NCBI GenBank assembly: GCA_965113315.1
Contig: OZ220363.1
Source: Podarcis vaucheri
Taxonomy: Eukaryota
Direction: 5' to 3' (one strand)
DNA: 64,000 nucleotides
The position numbers and the translations under genes are program-made. The notes below the pieces were generated by a model that saw only the letters and a list, made by a program, of their open reading frames with translations, ran no database searches and was not told the DNA's origin. How positions within the stretch are numbered: the stretch's first letter is position 1; each line of letters begins with the position of its first letter. This document shows, piece after piece, positions 62,621 to 64,000 of the stretch.

Positions 62621-62947
62621 TTCAGCCAGGAATGTTCAACCCCCTCTCCTCCAACAATAGTTACACAGTTATATAGTTAGCATACCAGAACGAGACCGTC
62701 TTATATCACCCATCAACCTTATTGTGAATAACGAAGAGTCTTGTAACGCCTTAAAAAACGTGCTCTCTCGTCTTTTTTCCTGCAGAAGACCAGCACGCTA
62801 CTGTTCTGATGTTATCAGTTGTCCGATTATATTGTGAATAATTGAGCTTTGCATGGAAACACCATGTATATCACGACCATTTGACTCTAGTAGCTTAACT
62901 TTCCCGTCCTCTATGGTCATGTATGTAGATAAATGTACTGTATATGT

Positions 62948-63037
62948 CATAGCTGTCAACGTTTCCCTTTTTTAAAGGGAAATTCCCTTATTCCGAATAG
63001 GATTCCTCGCAAGAAAAGGGAAAAGTTGACAGCTATG
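62948..63037. mobile_element. 90-bp hAT-type MITE
   Basis: TIR CATAGCTGTCAAC/GTTGACAGCTATG; 8-bp TSD gtatatgt/gtatgtgt. Confidence 0.8.
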
Positions 63038-63916
63038 GTATGTGTGTGTGTGTGTTGCATATGTTTGCACACACAAATCACACACATAACCTGGGACGAA
63101 TCTAGTATGAAATGAATGAAGCTTAAACTTCAGGAGGCCCCTAATCCTAGAGGGGCCCCAGAAGTGATTTTAGTCCACGTTGCTTAACAATTTTGGGTCT
63201 AGTAGACCCAATTTGAGCCGTATGACGCAAACTGATGATGATGATGATGATGATTAATATATTTCAACAATCTGAACATTTGAGAGTCAGTAGCACAGAT
63301 GTTGTAAATGTGTAGGGATCTGTCATGGAACAACCCCATGGAGGAAGAGAACAGTGGTTACCCAGACCTTGTTGCTAATGGCGAAGGGGCCCTCGTGACA
63401 CTGCAAGCTTCAGGGATCCCAAAACGTAGGTCTGCCAACTGCAGATCACCTTGAAGAGATTGTCACAATAAGTTAGTGCGTCTTTGACGTAGCAAAAGGC
63501 TCACCTTGGCTGTCTTTTTGTTGTTGTCTTTATTGGCACAGGCTGTGGCTGGAATCCTAACCCCATGGATTTCAACAGGAATTTCTTCTGAGTAGACATG
63601 GTTAGGATCGCTCTGGAAGCTCAGCTTCTCTGGAGATTATATTAATATTTAAAACCTGTTTGCACACTTCAGGCAGGCACTCGGTGCTGACCATTGTACA
63701 TAATGCACACAGTAGAAAGCCAAGTGAATGGATCACCCCTCAGCTCTCAAGCCAAGCACAAATATGGAGAGGGAAAGGCAACACCCACACAATCCTTACA
63801 CTGCTCTGTAAAAGGGAGAGAATGTTAATAGAACACTGAAAAAACAAGGGTGTTACAAGCATATCAACATAATGTTTCTTTGCTAAGTGGCTAGCTACAG
63901 CAGTACTTGCCTCTGG

Positions 63917-64000
63917 TAGCTCAGTTGATTGGGGCATGGTGCTGATGACACCAAGGTTGCAGGTTCGATCCCCATAAGGAACAACTGCATATTCCTACAT
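63917..64000 (+). mobile_element. tRNA-Ile-head SINE (runs off the window)
   Basis: Homologous to 17841-17985. Confidence 0.7.

Overview
Eukaryotic (vertebrate) genomic DNA, most likely a squamate and probably a lacertid lizard (inferred from Sauria SINE, Squam3-like SINE, BovB, young L2, Penelope and hAT/Tc1-mariner MITEs). The window holds two complete, intact minus-strand genes reconstructed exon by exon with GT-AG introns. GALNT3 has 10 coding exons (8863-21164; 1902-nt CDS/633 aa from the second ATG) and a CpG-island promoter at about 24.6-25.4 kb. TTC21B/IFT139 has 29 coding exons (32017-61059; 3951-nt CDS/1316 aa) and a CpG-island promoter at about 60.8-61.4 kb. The first ~2.8 kb is probably the distal 3'UTR of CSRNP3 (synteny inference). 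No new protein-coding system is supported. The most notable non-coding signals are: (i) a Penelope-derived 81-bp perfect inverted repeat with a 12-bp TSD in GALNT3 intron 2, carrying a minimal hammerhead ribozyme that is intact on the antisense strand and disrupted on the host-sense strand; (ii) a dense CAGGTG/CAGGTA (ZEB/Snail-type) cluster in the GALNT3 promoter; (iii) SINEs with two different tRNA heads (Ile, Lys) on a shared CR1-type tail; (iv) an unexplained second CpG island with twin CCAAT boxes upstream of TTC21B; (v) a NAGNAG acceptor and uORFs. Repeat family names are from pattern recognition, not database searches.
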